Shown here: piece after piece, positions 49,401-63,500 of the stretch
How positions within the stretch are numbered: position 1 is the stretch's first letter
Layout: the number at the start of each line of letters is the position of its first letter
DNA from: Gekko japonicus
Lineage: Eukaryota
Reading direction: 5' to 3'
Length of the DNA: 64,000 bases
Assembly (NCBI RefSeq): GCF_001447785.1
Contig: NW_015162104.1
Coordinates: 1 to 64,000 of the forward strand
Translations under genes and position numbers: made by a program
The notes under the pieces: generated by a model
The model's input: only the letters and a program-made list of their open reading frames with translations
What the model was told of the DNA's origin: nothing
Database searches by the model: none

Positions 49401-50029
49401 AACGCAGAGCTTTGGGATGTCTATCTCACATACAATACACCCACAGAGAATCCAAACCCTTCCTTCTGCAGCCTGTCTACCTAGTCCTGCGGCAGTCAAG
49501 GAAGGAATTCAAGCTCTTTTGATGGGTCATGCTGAGCTGGCTTGCCCTTGGCCTATTTGCTAGAGACAAGTGTGGCCCACTAAGCTTCCTTTCCTCAGGT
49601 AGGTAGAAGTTGCTTTGGAGGGCTAGGGCTGCTTGTCTCTTATGAGACCCTCAAAGCACAGCCAGCCTTTGCTACAGGTATGAAGACTTTAGGATAGAAA
49701 GCCACTATAGTGAAGAGATGGGTCAAGTCACTTCTCTGCCACAAAATTCTTGACTTTTTTTTCTAAGCCTCAGTTGTGGGGTGGGGGTGGGGAATCATGG
49801 CTCAGTGACAGAGGACCTCCTTGGCATACAGGATGTCCCAGGTTCAATTGTCAATCTCCAGTTAAAAGTAGCAGCTGATGGGAAAGACTACAACCAGACA
49901 GCCCCCAGCCAGTCAGAGCAAACAAAACTGACTTTGATAGTCCAATGGTCTGACTCAGCATGTTCCCCAAACGCAATCCAGACAGTAGAAAGTGCTATTT
50001 AAGTTATAAATAGCAGTAGCACCATCCTA

Positions 50030-50870
50030 GCTGATGCCTTGGCCAGCGTAAGGCTCCAAGTGCAAAGACAGCCTCTGCGCTTCCCACCTCCGGAAAGGTT
50101 GCGTTTGCAGCCTCCCCCCCCTCCCCTCCCCCCCCCATGTAGAACCCTTGCTTGGGTGTCCCCAAGCGCTCCTCCGACAAGAAAAAGCGGGAGATCTCAG
50201 TGGTTCCCTGCTAAAATGAGCAGCGGCTTCCGGCTCCCAGGGCTTGAGGAGGCCCGCGCTGCCCCTGCCATTCAACGGCAACGCCAGCCGGCTGGTCTGC
50301 TTTGTAGGCCCGTGGAGGATTCCCCTCGGCGGAGGGGCATGCTGCCTTCCCCACTCTCACCTGGCTGCTCTGTCGCCTGAGGGTCTCCGAAGCCCCCTTC
50401 GGCCGTGCTGAAGCCCTCGTCGTTCTCGATGCCCGCGATCTCGCTCTCTTGCTGAGCCAGGAAGGCAGCGGCTGGGTCCTCCTCCGGGACCTCGGCAGCT
50501 CCGCTCTCCGAGGAGGAGAAGAAACCGAAATCATCAGCCATGTTTGTTTCCCTGCACCAAGCCCTCCTTCCCGGGGATGGGCGCTGAGCAGCCCTGACGT
50601 TCCCTGCCTGCAAATGTACACGCCGCCGAGCAGGGCAGTCCGCGAAAGGAAGCCCGGGCTCAGCTGTCACTGCGGCGGCGGCGGCGGCTGCAGGAGGAGC
50701 CTGACAGTGCGAGGGAAGGGAGGCGGTGACATCACCAAGCGAGCGGCGGGGCTTCTCTGGAGCCACACGAGGGCAGCACTGCTTTGAAGCTGGCTACCGG
50801 GAGACTCAGGAGTGTCCCCTGAAATCGGATCAGCTCAAGGGGGCGTTTCCACCGTCACAGCAAACGTTGT
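50030..50870. promoter_or_regulatory. CLTB CpG island / promoter
   Basis: CpG-dense region with a (CGG)n run upstream of the CLTB ATG. Confidence 0.75.
50361..50541 (-). CDS. CLTB: Clathrin light chain B coding exon 1
   Basis: MADDFGFFSSSESG...EEDPAAAFLAQQESEIAGIENDEGF; donor G|gtgaga. Confidence 0.97.
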
Positions 50871-51234
50871 GTAAACCCAGTCTTGGGCTTTGGGGCCTTC
50901 TGTGTGTGTGAACAGGGGTGTGGACAGTCTGACAAGTCACAAATTATGGATAGGGTTACCAGGACCCTGGAGAAAAATCTCCCGTCCCTTTAGGAGAGGC
51001 TCAGTGTACCTAATAATTGCTGCACATCAAACTGATATTAAAGGAAGAACTAGGCAGAACAATTTAAAAAGCTGGAAGCCATTAGAGTTGCCAACCTCTG
51101 AGTGGAGCCTGATCTCCCAGAATTACAATTGATCTTTATATGACATAGATCAGTTCCCCTGTATGAAATGGCTGCTTTGGAGGGTAGATTCTATGCCTAT
51201 GGCATTATGCTCTGCTGAGGTCCCTCTACAGGTC

Positions 51235-51768
51235 TGTTGTTGTTCAGTCACACAGTCAAGTCAGACTCCACGACCCCATGGATCACATCACACCAGGCCC
51301 TCCTGTCTTCTGTCGTGCTCCGGAGTTTGCTTAATTTCATGTTCCTTGCTTAACCATCTCATCCTTTGCCGTCCCGGTCTTCTTTGACCTTCAGTCTTTC
51401 CCAGCATCAGGGTCTTCTCCAGTGAGTGCTCCCTTCTCATTTGGTGGCCAAAGTATTTGAGCTTCAGCTTCAGTATCTGGCCTTCCAGGGAACAGTCAGG
51501 GTTGATGTCTTTTAGGATTGACTGATCTGATCTCCTTGCAGTCCAAGGGACTCTCAAGAGTCTTCTCCAGCACCATAATTCAAAAGCATCTACTCTTCGG
51601 CGCTCGGCCTTCCTTATGGTCCAACTCTCGCAGTCATACATTACTACTGGGAATACCATTACTTTGACCATGCGGACTTTTGTTGGCAGGGTGATGTCTC
51701 TTTTTATTATGCTGTCTACTTTTGCCATCACTATGGAGCAGGCGTCTTTTAATTTCGTGCTGCAGTCA
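51235..51768 (-). mobile_element. Bov-B (RTE) LINE 3' fragment nested in a MITE-like repeat (about 51084-51820)
   Basis: DITLPTKVRMVKVMVFPVVMYDCESWTIRKAERRRVDAFELWCWRRLLRVPWTARRS...LKYFGH. Confidence 0.9.
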
Positions 51769-51943
51769 GGCTCCACCCCCAAATCTTCAAGAATTTCCTG
51801 ATCCATTGTTGGAAACCCTGGATACCCCAATTATGGAGGACACAGGTTGGGTCTGGGATCCCCATCCTGAAATGAAAGTGGGTTCTCCTCAGTTCCTGAT
51901 CATGTGGTGCATGACTGTGACTTTGGCATGCAGGAAGAAGGGA

Positions 51944-52222
51944 CATCAATTTGGTGTCGTGGTTAAGAGCGGCAGACTCTAATCTGGAGAACTGGGTTTG
52001 ATTTCCCACTACTCCACATGCAGCCAGCTGGGTGACCTTGGGTCAGTCACAGTTCTCTCTGAACTGTTCTCTCAAGAGCAGTTCTCTCAGAGCTCTCTCA
52101 GCCTCACCTACCTCACAGGGTGTCTGTTGTGGGGAGGGGAAGGGGAAGGGAAAGGGATAGTAAACCATTCTGAGACTCCAAGTGAAGGGTGGGGTATAAA
52201 TCCAACTCTTCTTCTCTTCTTC
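51944..52222 (+). mobile_element. Squam3-like tRNA-derived SINE
   Basis: TTTGGTGTCGTGGTTAAGAGC head, (CTT)n tail; related pieces at about 540-755(-), 3720-3930, 38103-38210, 43675-43808, 58322-58580 and 61704-61835(-). Confidence 0.75.
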
Positions 52223-55200
52223 CCCCTTGCACTATTTTCCCAACCAGCAACAGTCCTGGGGGCAGTACTGCTTGACCTACTAGGAAAACCCATGAGTACA
52301 CTTGTGGGTTTCTCAAGCAAACCAGATAGCACCACACCCTTGGATCATTTCAGGTCAGAACACGCATCACACAGGACTCAGGATTCAGGCCCTGTATCCA
52401 GCCTCCATAATGTATGATTCTGTGGCTCTGTGTTTCAAGCTAAGAATGGGTATTGGGTGCAAAAATTAGTATCCTCCAAAATCCAGCTTTTATTTTAAAA
52501 CATAATGAAGGTTTCTAGCTCTTGACTGCAGAGTCATACTTAGTCCTGTATGTGCCAATCAAATGTTTGCAAGTGTACTCAATGTTCTATACAAAAGCAT
52601 GCAAAATGTGGGTTATCTTTGAGAACCAAGAGTAATGCCATTTTGTTAGATTTTGGCAGGCAGTGGTGGGCAGCTAGCACTCTGGGCACCTCTGCCCGCC
52701 TTCAATAATTTTGATACAGTTTTCTGGAATGTAAGAGACAGGAACATTCTGAGAAATGCTGAGCATGAAGGAACAGAGAGAATATGGGGGAGAGAACAAA
52801 GGGTCTTCAGTATGCCTCAAATGAGATAAGAAACTTATCCACTTGCTTACTGACATGCAGAAGTTAGCCATGGGAATAGAACAAAATGCAGCTTGCGCAT
52901 GTGTAAAGAAAAGTTTTTTGTGTGTAGTGGTATAAAAGCCCACCCCAGCTCCACTCAAGTGGGAGCAGAACAGATGGAGTTTATTTGCCATTCTGCATCC
53001 CCCTTATTCCTGGAATTAAGGTCCCCCCCCCCAGTCAACTGAGTGCTTCGCCTGTGTGTGCATTAATTGGAATGGCACACGCCAGGTTAACAACCCCATT
53101 TTGTCAAAATTCTGAGTTTGGATCAGTGCAGAGTAAAGATGGTTCAGTATATAAACACAGAACAAAGAGATAGTCCTTGCCTTCGATTCTAGTAAGAAGT
53201 CTGAGGGGCACTGCATCCAGATTTCATTCCCTTTGGATGAGAGAGCACTGAGGACCTCTGATGTCAGGCAAAACCTGTTCAGACAACAGCTAATGATCCA
53301 AAGTAGCAACCGTGCATCACTTTTTTACAATAATTAAGTTACTCCTTCACAGCTATTAATATGAGTACAGAAATCACAGTTTGGGTACTTTTCGCCTTCT
53401 GTGTATATTCCCTGTTGGGTTGCCAGATCACAGCCTGTTGATCCTGTCTGTTTTTTAAACTGGAGTCCTACTTATTGACACCACTCTAGGAGGAGCACAG
53501 ATGAGGGAACTGAGGAAGGAATGGGAATGTGGCATAACAGCTGCATTCTCTCCCACTGCCTCAGAAGGGGCAAGCGGAATCTCTGGGTTGTAATCTAACA
53601 ACCCTGTTTCTAAAATGCAGCAAGTACCATCTCTCCCCATTATTGGCCCATCCAGAGTAAAGCAACCCAAGGTGAACCCTAGACTGCATGGCAACAAAGT
53701 AGTTATAGAAACCTTGAAGACTGCTGTTCAACCAGATTGTAAACCTGATCAGCAGGACATTTAATTATATTTATTTAGATATTATATCTTGCTGTTCTAC
53801 CCAGTAGGCATCCAAAGCATCTTGTAACTTCATTCTCCTTGCATCCATTTTATTCTCACAACAACAACCATGTGAGGTATGTTAAGAGTGAAAACAAGCT
53901 GAACAGGGATTTGAACCGGGGTTTCCCAGATCTTAGCCTGGCTCTCCTTTCTCACATTTCTGCATATGCCAATGAGCAATGCCAAAACAGACACCTAAAA
54001 GTGTAATACTTTCCTAAAGGTCTAGAAGTTATGCCAGTCCTGTTTCAGTGCAAGGACCCTTTGTGCCGGTCTAATGGTTGAGCTACATCCAACATGCACA
54101 AGTGTTGTGTTTGTCTCGTGTTAGAAAGCAGGTTTCAGGTTTGATGGGATGCAATTGTGTTGACTAGGAAATTTTCACTAACCAAAAACCTTTCAGTCTA
54201 TTTGCATACATATCCACTTGGAATGTGAAGTTTCCTCAGAGTTTAGACACACACAGGTGCAGGTTGGGACCAAAAGAAAGATCAGTAAAGCTCTTTATAG
54301 GACCAAGTATGTCACAATGTAGTGAGTAAGATTTTGAGTTCACTGAAATTTTTCTGCTGTCTGGATAGTAAGCAAAAGAGAGAGAGAGAGGAGGAGGAGG
54401 AGAGGGGGTGGGTGTGAAAAAAGATGATACAGGACTGATGAATAAGCCCAATCATGTCTCTGAAAGGCATAACTGGCAACAACCAACACATAATAGCAGT
54501 ATTATGTAACTGACCTCTACACTTGGCCTATTTTGCAATAAATGGATCCTTCAACCTCATCAGTGTGGCAGAGGAGATTTTGTTTACCATGGGGCCCGAG
54601 GAATATCACTGGCCCTCACCTGCTGCCCCCCCTGCCCCCCAAGGGACTCACAGTGCATTAATTAATTACAAAGAGTAGCCCACAGTGGAAAAGGCAGCTG
54701 GCTGAAAGTGACTCCTCCCTACAGTAGAAATAATAATTGAAAAGCATTTAGCAAGAAAATGATAGCCAGATATTCCAAAATTCAGAGAGGTATTATACGG
54801 GCAGGTAGGACTGCCAATGTAGGACCAAGGTTCTGTGTCTCTTACAAAAAAAAAAAAAGAATTTTGGCAGGTACAGCTTCTTCTGTCACAGTGCTGTAAA
54901 GACAAATAAAACTCAGCTAGCTTGTCAAGAGCAGCTGTAAAAGAAAAGGAGCCCCGTGCTGTATTGCATGAAACTATAATCAGTTGATTATGTTCCTTTA
55001 AAGTATTAACTAGAAAAGAGGCAGAACATCAACTGTCATTTTCCATTCAACTTTCTCAACGCAGGACCTCTATAAAGTAATTTGTCATGCTGGTAGCATA
55101 CCCTTTGTTCAAAGTGCTTTCAAGGGAAATAATTTTTAAGGGATATCTTTTATAAGTGTTTACTAAGTTTTAATGTCTATGGAAATTTCCTAGATTTTTA

Positions 55201-56428
55201 AAAATTATATATATTGTTGCTTTGTATAGTACTTGAGGTTTTTATTGTATTCTTTGTAATTTTTGTAATCTGATTTGCATCTGTGAGAAAGGTGATTTAT
55301 AAATGAAGTAAATGATAATAGTAATAACATAGATGGGTTGTTTTTCTTTTTCTTACAATAACTTTGTAAGGCAGTCCTAGGTTGACACATAATGACTTCC
55401 CAAGGCTACCTGGTGAGCAACAGAGCCAAACAGGGATCTGAACATCAGCATCTAACTGCTAAACCTACCACTCCAACCATTTTACCGTATTGGTTCTTCT
55501 TGCCAGATAAGAGGGGATGCCTATTTAAAGATGCCATAGAAATTCTTAGTACTAGCAATATTTATATTTGGATTCCATCCTTCTGCCAATAAACTCAATG
55601 CTTTATTTCCCCTCTTCTCAACAACCCTCTAAGGTAGGCTAGGTTGAGAAACAGTCACTGGCCCAAGGGCACCCCATGAACTTCAGTACTAAGTAGGAAT
55701 TTGTACTCAGGTCTTCCACTATCAACTACACCACACTGATCCTCATAAACTGTAGATTGTACTTGGTTAAAATCTGTAACACTTGCAGGGCAAGAAAAGA
55801 AATTATAATACTGTTTTATCTAAGCATGAATTTTATATTTGTTGTCCAATACTTAAATAATTGATAGGACAGGCTATAGCAACCTCTGAGTACATCACAC
55901 TGCATCACAGTTATTACTGCTGAGCTGCCACTGACTACAAATATGGCTAGATTTTGCCTTACCCTGCTGTCTAAAGTTATCCTGTGCTTGTGAGTTAATC
56001 CTATACTTCGTGTTGATGGGTGCAACTGCATTTAATTCAGTTATTAAATTGAGGTATAGTTTTCTAAGGACACTGAAGATTATCTGTTACCCATTTCTCT
56101 CAAATCCCCAATGTTTCTAATTTTGCCTTTAGGTCTGTTTTCCAAGGTTGGATCATACACTTCTCACTTTTTCTGCTGCATTCACAGTTCTGAATGATAT
56201 GATACCATAAAAATACTTATTTAACACACGCTTATAGTGGAAATGTGAGGAACACAAAAATGCACTTTCTGACCCTAATATGTTCAAGTGTTAATGGGGT
56301 AGATGATCAGTACAAGTAGGTAGAACTGGACAAAACTTAATTCTAAGAGAGTTTAAAACTGCAGTAAATATGCAATGTCACTCAGTTTACCTAAGAAATG
56401 TGTCATTTTTGGCATTGGTTCTGGAACA

Positions 56429-57195
56429 TACGTCAGAGGTAGGAAATGTACTGCCTGGGATCCAGTTAGGTAGTGCAGTTCACATAGCCCATCTGCACAG
56501 AAAGGTCCTCCCAGTATACAGATCTTCATAATCTAAATGATTCTGAAGGAGAAACAACCCACTGAACAAGGGATTTTGGATGTTTGGATGGAACTTAGAA
56601 AACCTAGGATCTTCTGCTGTGCAACAAAGCATGGGAAATGGTGGATGATGAAAGGAAACATCTTGTTATCAGTGATCAGAGAGAATGTTTGAGGAAAAGC
56701 CCATTAAGAAGTGCCAGTGGTACCAGTTTCAGGTTGACACTGTCATATACAACTGAAAGATACAGCTTCCTTTCTCAGTATCTGAGCTCCATAGAGCATA
56801 TGAACAAGTACGTCAGAGGTAGGAAATGTACTGCCTGGGATCCAGTTAGGTGGTGCAGTTCACATAGCCCATCTGCACAGAAAGGTCCTCCCAGTATACA
56901 GATCTTCATAATCTGAATGATTCTGAAGGAGAAACAACCTACTGAACAAGGGATTTTGCTGACCGACTCTTTGTACATTTGGATGGAACTTAGAAAACCT
57001 AGGATCTTCTGCTGTGCAACAAAGCATGGGAAATAGTGGATTATGAAAGGAAACATCTAGTTATCAGTGATCAGAGAGAATGTTTGAGGAAAAGCCCATT
57101 AAGAAGTGCCAGTGGTACCAGTTTTAGGTTGACACTGTCATACACAACACAGCTTCCTTTCTCAGCATCTGAGCTCCATAGAGCATATGAACAAG
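56429..57195. repeat. Tandem duplication, about 380-nt period
   Basis: TACGTCAGAGG...ATGAACAAG at 56429 and 56809, with small indels. Confidence 0.95.
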
Positions 57196-58293
57196 CCAGT
57201 TCAATAGCATTCTGTAGGACACCCTGGCCCCAACAGACCTCCCATTCTAATAATTTGAGCGAGAAACCTTACTTTAGTCAATATAAAGAGGTTAATTTCT
57301 CATATCATCACTTTCATAAAATATATTTGTTATTAAAAGGCATTTGAAGCCTCAAGGAATGGGAAAGGAACACAAGTTCCAAGTAAGGTCTCTCCTCCTC
57401 TCAGAGTTGCTAACAACTATGTCATCAGGGTAATAAGTGAAAATAGCTCTTATGTAAATAAAATATTTATTTAATCAGAAGATTTCTGTGCCACCTGTCA
57501 AGGCAGCTTCTAAAGTAAAGATAAGACACCATAAAAGCCATTAACAATTAATAAACTATTAAAAACGCAGCATAAAAACCCAGCAAGAACACAAAAACAG
57601 CACAAAACACTCAGCAGCTTAAAACAAGTCTCGTGAAATAATGTGCAGGTTAAAAGCAGTAAAACAAAACAAAAATCCAGTGGCACCTTAAAGACTAACA
57701 TTTATTTCAAAATGAACTTTCATCACTCAGAGCTCACTTCTTCAGATGTACGGAAAGGAAATCATTTTGGGAATATTTATAGGAAAAATTACAGAAGAGG
57801 GGAAAGGAGGAGTAGAGGCAGAGAGAAATTTAATGTGAATCCTACAATAAATCCTGCATCTGTAATTTTCTGAGTAAGAAACTGCAGTGGAATCCGTCAT
57901 TACACATAATGGATGATGAGAATCAGTAAAGCCTGTCATCTTCCCAATGACAGGAAAACAACAAAACTTTCAAAGAACAAAATGTTCCCAATATTTTGTC
58001 AGATCTGGGCATTTATCACCAGGACACTGGCACTAATGGGGTGTTGCTAGACCTTGCATCTGTGTTTCTTTGTCCCCCAGTTGCTCCTACAGACTCAGTT
58101 TTTGTCTAATATTGAAGTCTATTCGTTTCACTAGCTTAATACCATCTCTCATTCTCTAAACTGACAATATGCATTGAATTTCATAATTCTGGGTTTTAAG
58201 GGTAACCTTGCACACATTTTCTCAGCAGTTCTGATGACAATATGATCTACCCCCCAACTAGGCTTATCACAATAATTTTGTGACAATAACAAC

Positions 58294-58771
58294 CAGTGTT
58301 CCCTCTAAGCCACTGGAAGATTCAGTTTGGTGTAGTAGTTAAATGTGCGGACTCTAATCTGGGAGAACCAGATTTGATTCCCCACTCCTCCACTTCCACC
58401 TGGCTGGATGACCTTGGGCAAGCCATAATTCTGGCACAGCTGTTCTTGAAAAAGAGCAGTCTCTGTCAAAGTTCTCTCAGCCCCACCTACCTCACAGTGT
58501 CTGTTGTGGGGAGGGGAAGGGAAAGGAGTACACCTTTGGGTAGTGAAGGGCAGGGTATAAATCCAATCTCTTCTTCTTCTAAAATGAGTTACTGTGAGGT
58601 AGCTCACAATTTTTTAGCCTCCAGCTCACATGTTTTGTCTTAGCTCAGGAAGGATGGCTACATAGCGAACTAATTTATGCAGTAGCAAATCACTTGCTCA
58701 CAACTTTAATGCCAGTAGCTCACAAAGTAGAATTTTTGCACACAAGACTCCATAGCTTAGAGGGAATACTG
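58294..58771. mobile_element. hAT MITE (same family as 6533) interrupted by a Squam3-like SINE
   Basis: Same TIRs and body; perfect 8-bp TSD ATAACAAC. Confidence 0.88.
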
Positions 58772-59899
58772 ATAACAACATATACAGATCAAGTTTATCG
58801 GAACAAGAGAACACACTGGATTGTAGGACAGCAGGCTATGATTTCCAAAATTCTTTAGCTACCAAACTCATATAAATAGCTCACTCATTTGATTCACCAA
58901 ACGGGTACCATGAAGTTGATTCCCAAAGAAATATTTATTTTTCTCTGACAAATGTTGGAAGGTGCAGAGAACACAGCACCTTCAAATCAGGTTAGCACAC
59001 TCATCCTATGATTGTAGCAGCTTTCAGAAAGGACAAAAATTCATATGCTAAGAATGCAGAACTCAAATCATTCTATGAACCACTTCTACGTTTTAAGATT
59101 CCAAATGAGTAGCCACATTAGTCTGAGCAAAGGAAAAAACAGAAGTCCAGAGACCCTTTAAAGACTAACAAAATTTATTCCAGCATATAGTTTCATGAGT
59201 CAGAGCTTGCTTCCTCGATGCTACATCCACAACAGAACAGTATTTTGTAACATTTTACATCCGGCAATATTTATCACAATTTCCCCTCTCTCTGCACCAC
59301 CATCTTTCATTTCCTCCCTTTTTATATCTTCCGTGTCATTACGGATTGGGACCGGCCAGGAAAGCCCTCCGAATGGACTCACGTCCAGCTATTACCATTT
59401 TAAAGGAATATAATGTGCAGGGGTGATTCGAAACGGGGCACCGGATGGCTAGAATTGAGCGTAAACCGATTTTCTCTCGGTTTTCTTCAGCTTCTGTACC
59501 TTCGGTTCCCCTTCCTCCCTTCTGTTCTGAGTTCAGTAGCAACACCACACAAGGTTTCTCACTCGCCCACAATCTGCAGTTTCTTCGCTGTCAGGTCTTG
59601 GGAGACTGAGAAGTCTGACTCGCTAAATCTCAAGGTGGGTCTTGTCGCACAGCGGGCAGCACAGCACACTCCTTGAAATCCAGGGAGTCAATGCAGACGA
59701 GGAGTGCTGCACGCTCCTGCCTTCGATGGACATGGGCGGGCCTTAAGAGCACAAAAGCGGGGAAAGGAGGGACTATAAAGAATGGGGATTTGGTGTGTGC
59801 TACTCAGAGAACAGGACGCAACTGTCTCGTGATCCTTAGGTCGTGGTGGCGCCTTCGACAGCCCTTGAAATTCACTACATCCGAGACTACACCAAAACC

Positions 59900-60560
59900 C
59901 ACCCCCTTCCTTTAACAAGGAAATTCGTTGAATTCACATCTCCGATCTCCTGCGTTGTAATCACTGATTCAGGTGAACAGCCGCCGCCACCAACAAAAGT
60001 ACTCTAGAAGCAAGACAAAAAAAAGTTACTCGCATCACGGGACCTATTCTTGCAACAACAAAAACTACACACATCACGCTTCATTTACTTGCACGTACAC
60101 AACTCGCGCTTTTCATTAGTAAACACGAGAAATGGAACCTTCCCCCACCGGAAGTTAGGGGGCGAGGCTACTCTGTTTCTTGTCTTGTCCTATGGCGCGC
60201 GGGGAATGTATACGGAAGCTTCGAATTGTGGCGTCACTTCCCTGGAGTGACGCAGCTGCGGGTCAGAGGCGGCAGCAAAATGGCGGCCCCAGAGGAGCGG
60301 GAGCTGTCGGCGGAGCAAACTGAGAAGCTGCTTCAGTTTCAGGTGCTGGTCATGGGAAGGGGAAACGGGCTCCACTTGGCGGGCGGGGCCAGCCTGGCCT
60401 CTCTGCCTCCTAGGTCTCTCCAGTATCGCCAAGGGGAGCGGGGGAAGATTGGCCGCAGGTGTCTGCTGGGGGCTGGCGCGGACATGGGATGGCGGCGGGG
60501 CCATGTGGCGGCGGAGCACCGTCTCCCACGTAGAAGTGTTCAGGATACAGTGGCTTTGCC
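59900..60560. promoter_or_regulatory. FAF2 CpG island / promoter
   Basis: CpG-dense; ETS-like CCGGAAGT; YY1-like AAAATGGCGGC overlapping the ATG. Confidence 0.75.
60280..60342 (+). CDS. FAF2: FAF2 (UBXD8) coding exon 1; rest of the gene not found in the window
   Basis: MAAPEERELSAEQTEKLLQFQ, donor CAG|gtgctg; lies in a CpG island; synteny after CLTB. Confidence 0.93.
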
Positions 60561-63500
60561 CAAGCCTTAAGTGCACTTGCTGTCACCTGCCTGGACGTTT
60601 ATCCCATTCCCCTCTTTATGATGGGGAACCGCTGGTTTTGATCCGTTTCAGCAGGGAGTTTAGGAAAGTCAGTGATCTGTGAAATCGGCCTGCGGGTTGG
60701 TAAAACTTATTGGAATAATTCTGTTGAACCGTGGCTTCGAAATTCGTTAGCAGCAGCAGCAGCAGCAGCTATATCTTGTGATTAAAGACAACAGGAAGTG
60801 AATCAATATACCTGTATGTAGGAAGAACATCCCAGTCCATTCCGCCCTGGTTAATAAGATGTGGCTTATCTATACTGTGGGATGCATAAAGCTTCCATTT
60901 GTGTATGACCCAGTTTTATGCCTATTTACTAAGAGTGAAGTTCCACTGAGTTCAGTGGATACAATCCCCACTAGACCTTACACTATTGCTGTACTACATT
61001 TTGTTTTCTGTCATCTTTAGTGCACCGAGCAGTTTATGCAAACTCTGTTTTACAGGTCTAAAGTAAACGAATTTCCCCTTAAGTCTATAAGCAACCTTTA
61101 GCCAGCATTCATTCATAGAAATTGTAATCCACGTAGCAGTTCTGATGGATAGATCCAAACTTAGTTCTGATGGAGTTATTGAGGGAGATGTGACAGTAGC
61201 CATCTCTCAATGTTGGGCCACTTTATTTATGACTTATATCTGGTACCGGTAGCCTTCCTAAAGTGGAGAATAAATAATTGATTATCCACTGATGTTGTGT
61301 TATAACCTAAGTTTTACTTGATCATATTCTAATATAAGCAGTAAACTTTCTGGAAGTGTTAACAGTGAGCCTAATATCCTTCAGGTTTTTTCTTGCTCTT
61401 TATGATGAACTTGTCAACATGGCTGTAATGATAAACACCAGTGTAATTCTTGTGTTGCTGCATTTTTAGCACCATTACAACTTTAATCATTGGTTTCTGA
61501 TGGCTGTTACAGGATATCACTTAGAATTTGCAATAGGAATTGGTTAACAGCTGAGTATTATATGAAAATTCAAACAACACCTTTAAGAAGATAAGAGTCA
61601 TTATCGTGTCATTGATAAACACTCCTTGATAAATAGCATTGTATTAAAATTACATTTCAGAAACTAAGAAGAAGTGTAATATTTACAGATTCTTACATTT
61701 ACACGTGAGGTTAAGGTGCTTGTGTCACTGCCAGAAACCCAAGGTCACCCAGCTGGCTTCATGTGGAGAAGTGTGGAATCGAACCCAGTTCTCCAGATTA
61801 GAGTCCGCCAGTCTTAACCACCACACCACACTGGTTCTCTTCTACTCTCAGAGTAATTGCTGCTTTCAACATTGCTGGACTGGTATAGAGTGAATCTGTT
61901 TCGAATTTAAATATTAGATTTTGAACATAAACATCTGTTTTGTGTCCTTTTACAGTATAGTTTTTCCCACTGAGTGATTTAATTTGATTTATTAATTACT
62001 GAGCAGAAGTGATGTATGAATGACTGAGTATATATCTGTTCAAATAATGTTGGTGTGTACAGTTTCACATGTACACATTCTAGCCACAGACTCTCAAGTG
62101 CCGAAATGTTTCATAGTTCTTCTGCATCCTTGGATGACCAGATCTTCATATATTGTACTGCACAGCACTACACTCAGCAAGTTCATGCCAATGCTTTTGA
62201 AAATCTGGGTCAAATACTTGATTAAAGGCATTTTGTTTAGAAATCTAAGAAGAATGCCAAGATGTTTTTTCTTGCTACTGAAGAGCAAGTTGCGATCTTT
62301 TGAGAGCTAAAGATGGTCAGCTATCAAACTTTAATAGTACTCCCATTCCTCTTGGTAACTGGGGATAGAAGGTGTCTTAATTTTATTGAAATCTAACATT
62401 TTTATTATCCATCAGTTAGACAGCATTTGCAGTCTAGTATTCAGAAAAGTTTTCTTTTCCTCTGAACATAAATTTGAATACCGTTTATAAAAAACAGAGA
62501 CATGCTACAGTTATCCATGATTTGGTAATGTGCAGGTTAGATTATTGTGATTACATCTGGGCCTGACTATGAAAGATATTTAGAATATTTAACTGCTTCA
62601 AAACAACCTGGCCAGGTTATTATTGAGGACTTGTGCTGAACATATTTCACATGGACTGAAAGATCTTAATTAGTTTTCACATACTAATTTCAAATGCTGG
62701 TATTGGCCTGTAAAACACAATTGGGTTGGGACCAGGATATTTATATGAATGTCTTCCCTGGTATGAGCCTGCCCATAAGCTCACTAACTGAGGCTGTGTT
62801 CTGTATGCTCCATGTCTTTGGTACGTAGTTGGCTACTGCAGCAAGAATCTCTTTGACTGTGAAACACTCTCCAGTAATATATCTACATGCATGAGTAACT
62901 TCTGGCAACAGATAAAGGCTGTTTTATTTTCACTATCTTAGTGAAATCCAATTACGGATTTGTTTAAGTTGTGTTGCTTTGTCCTGACCGTACTGTATAT
63001 TGTTATAATTGTTTAATGCTATGTTTTAGCCTGAGTGAATTGTTTTGATAGTTATTGTAGCTTTTACGGGGGGGGGGGTTGTATGCAAAGATGCTATATA
63101 AGTTTCTTAAACAAGTCTGACCTGTTCACACTTCTACACTAGCAGATATTTTCAAAAGCAAGTTAAGCTAAAAGCATACAGCTATGGCTGTTCTGTGCTT
63201 AAACAATGTAAAAGCATGGTAAGTAATTTATTTAGTGCTGCAGGGTTGCAAGGCACTTAGAAAGCATAAGTTTAAAGTAAACTTGGGGTAACGACTAAGG
63301 GCATGTGGTGGGATTGATAAGCAGGGAAAGGCATTTTTCCAGAGCTGAAAAAAGATAGGTAGTGTCTGAAAGCTTACATACTGTTCCAGGAACTCTGTCA
63401 TTATAATTTTTTTAAGGCATGGAGACAAGAGTCTTTACAAGAAAGCTAATGGAATAAAGAGTATTTGAGAGCTATGTGTTACAGCTGAATGAACTAAGGA

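Noticed and set aside
51288-51830. 180-aa ORF near the CLTB promoter as a domesticated gene
   Set aside because: Ordinary Bov-B 3' fragment with internal deletions; the ORF start lies outside the element.
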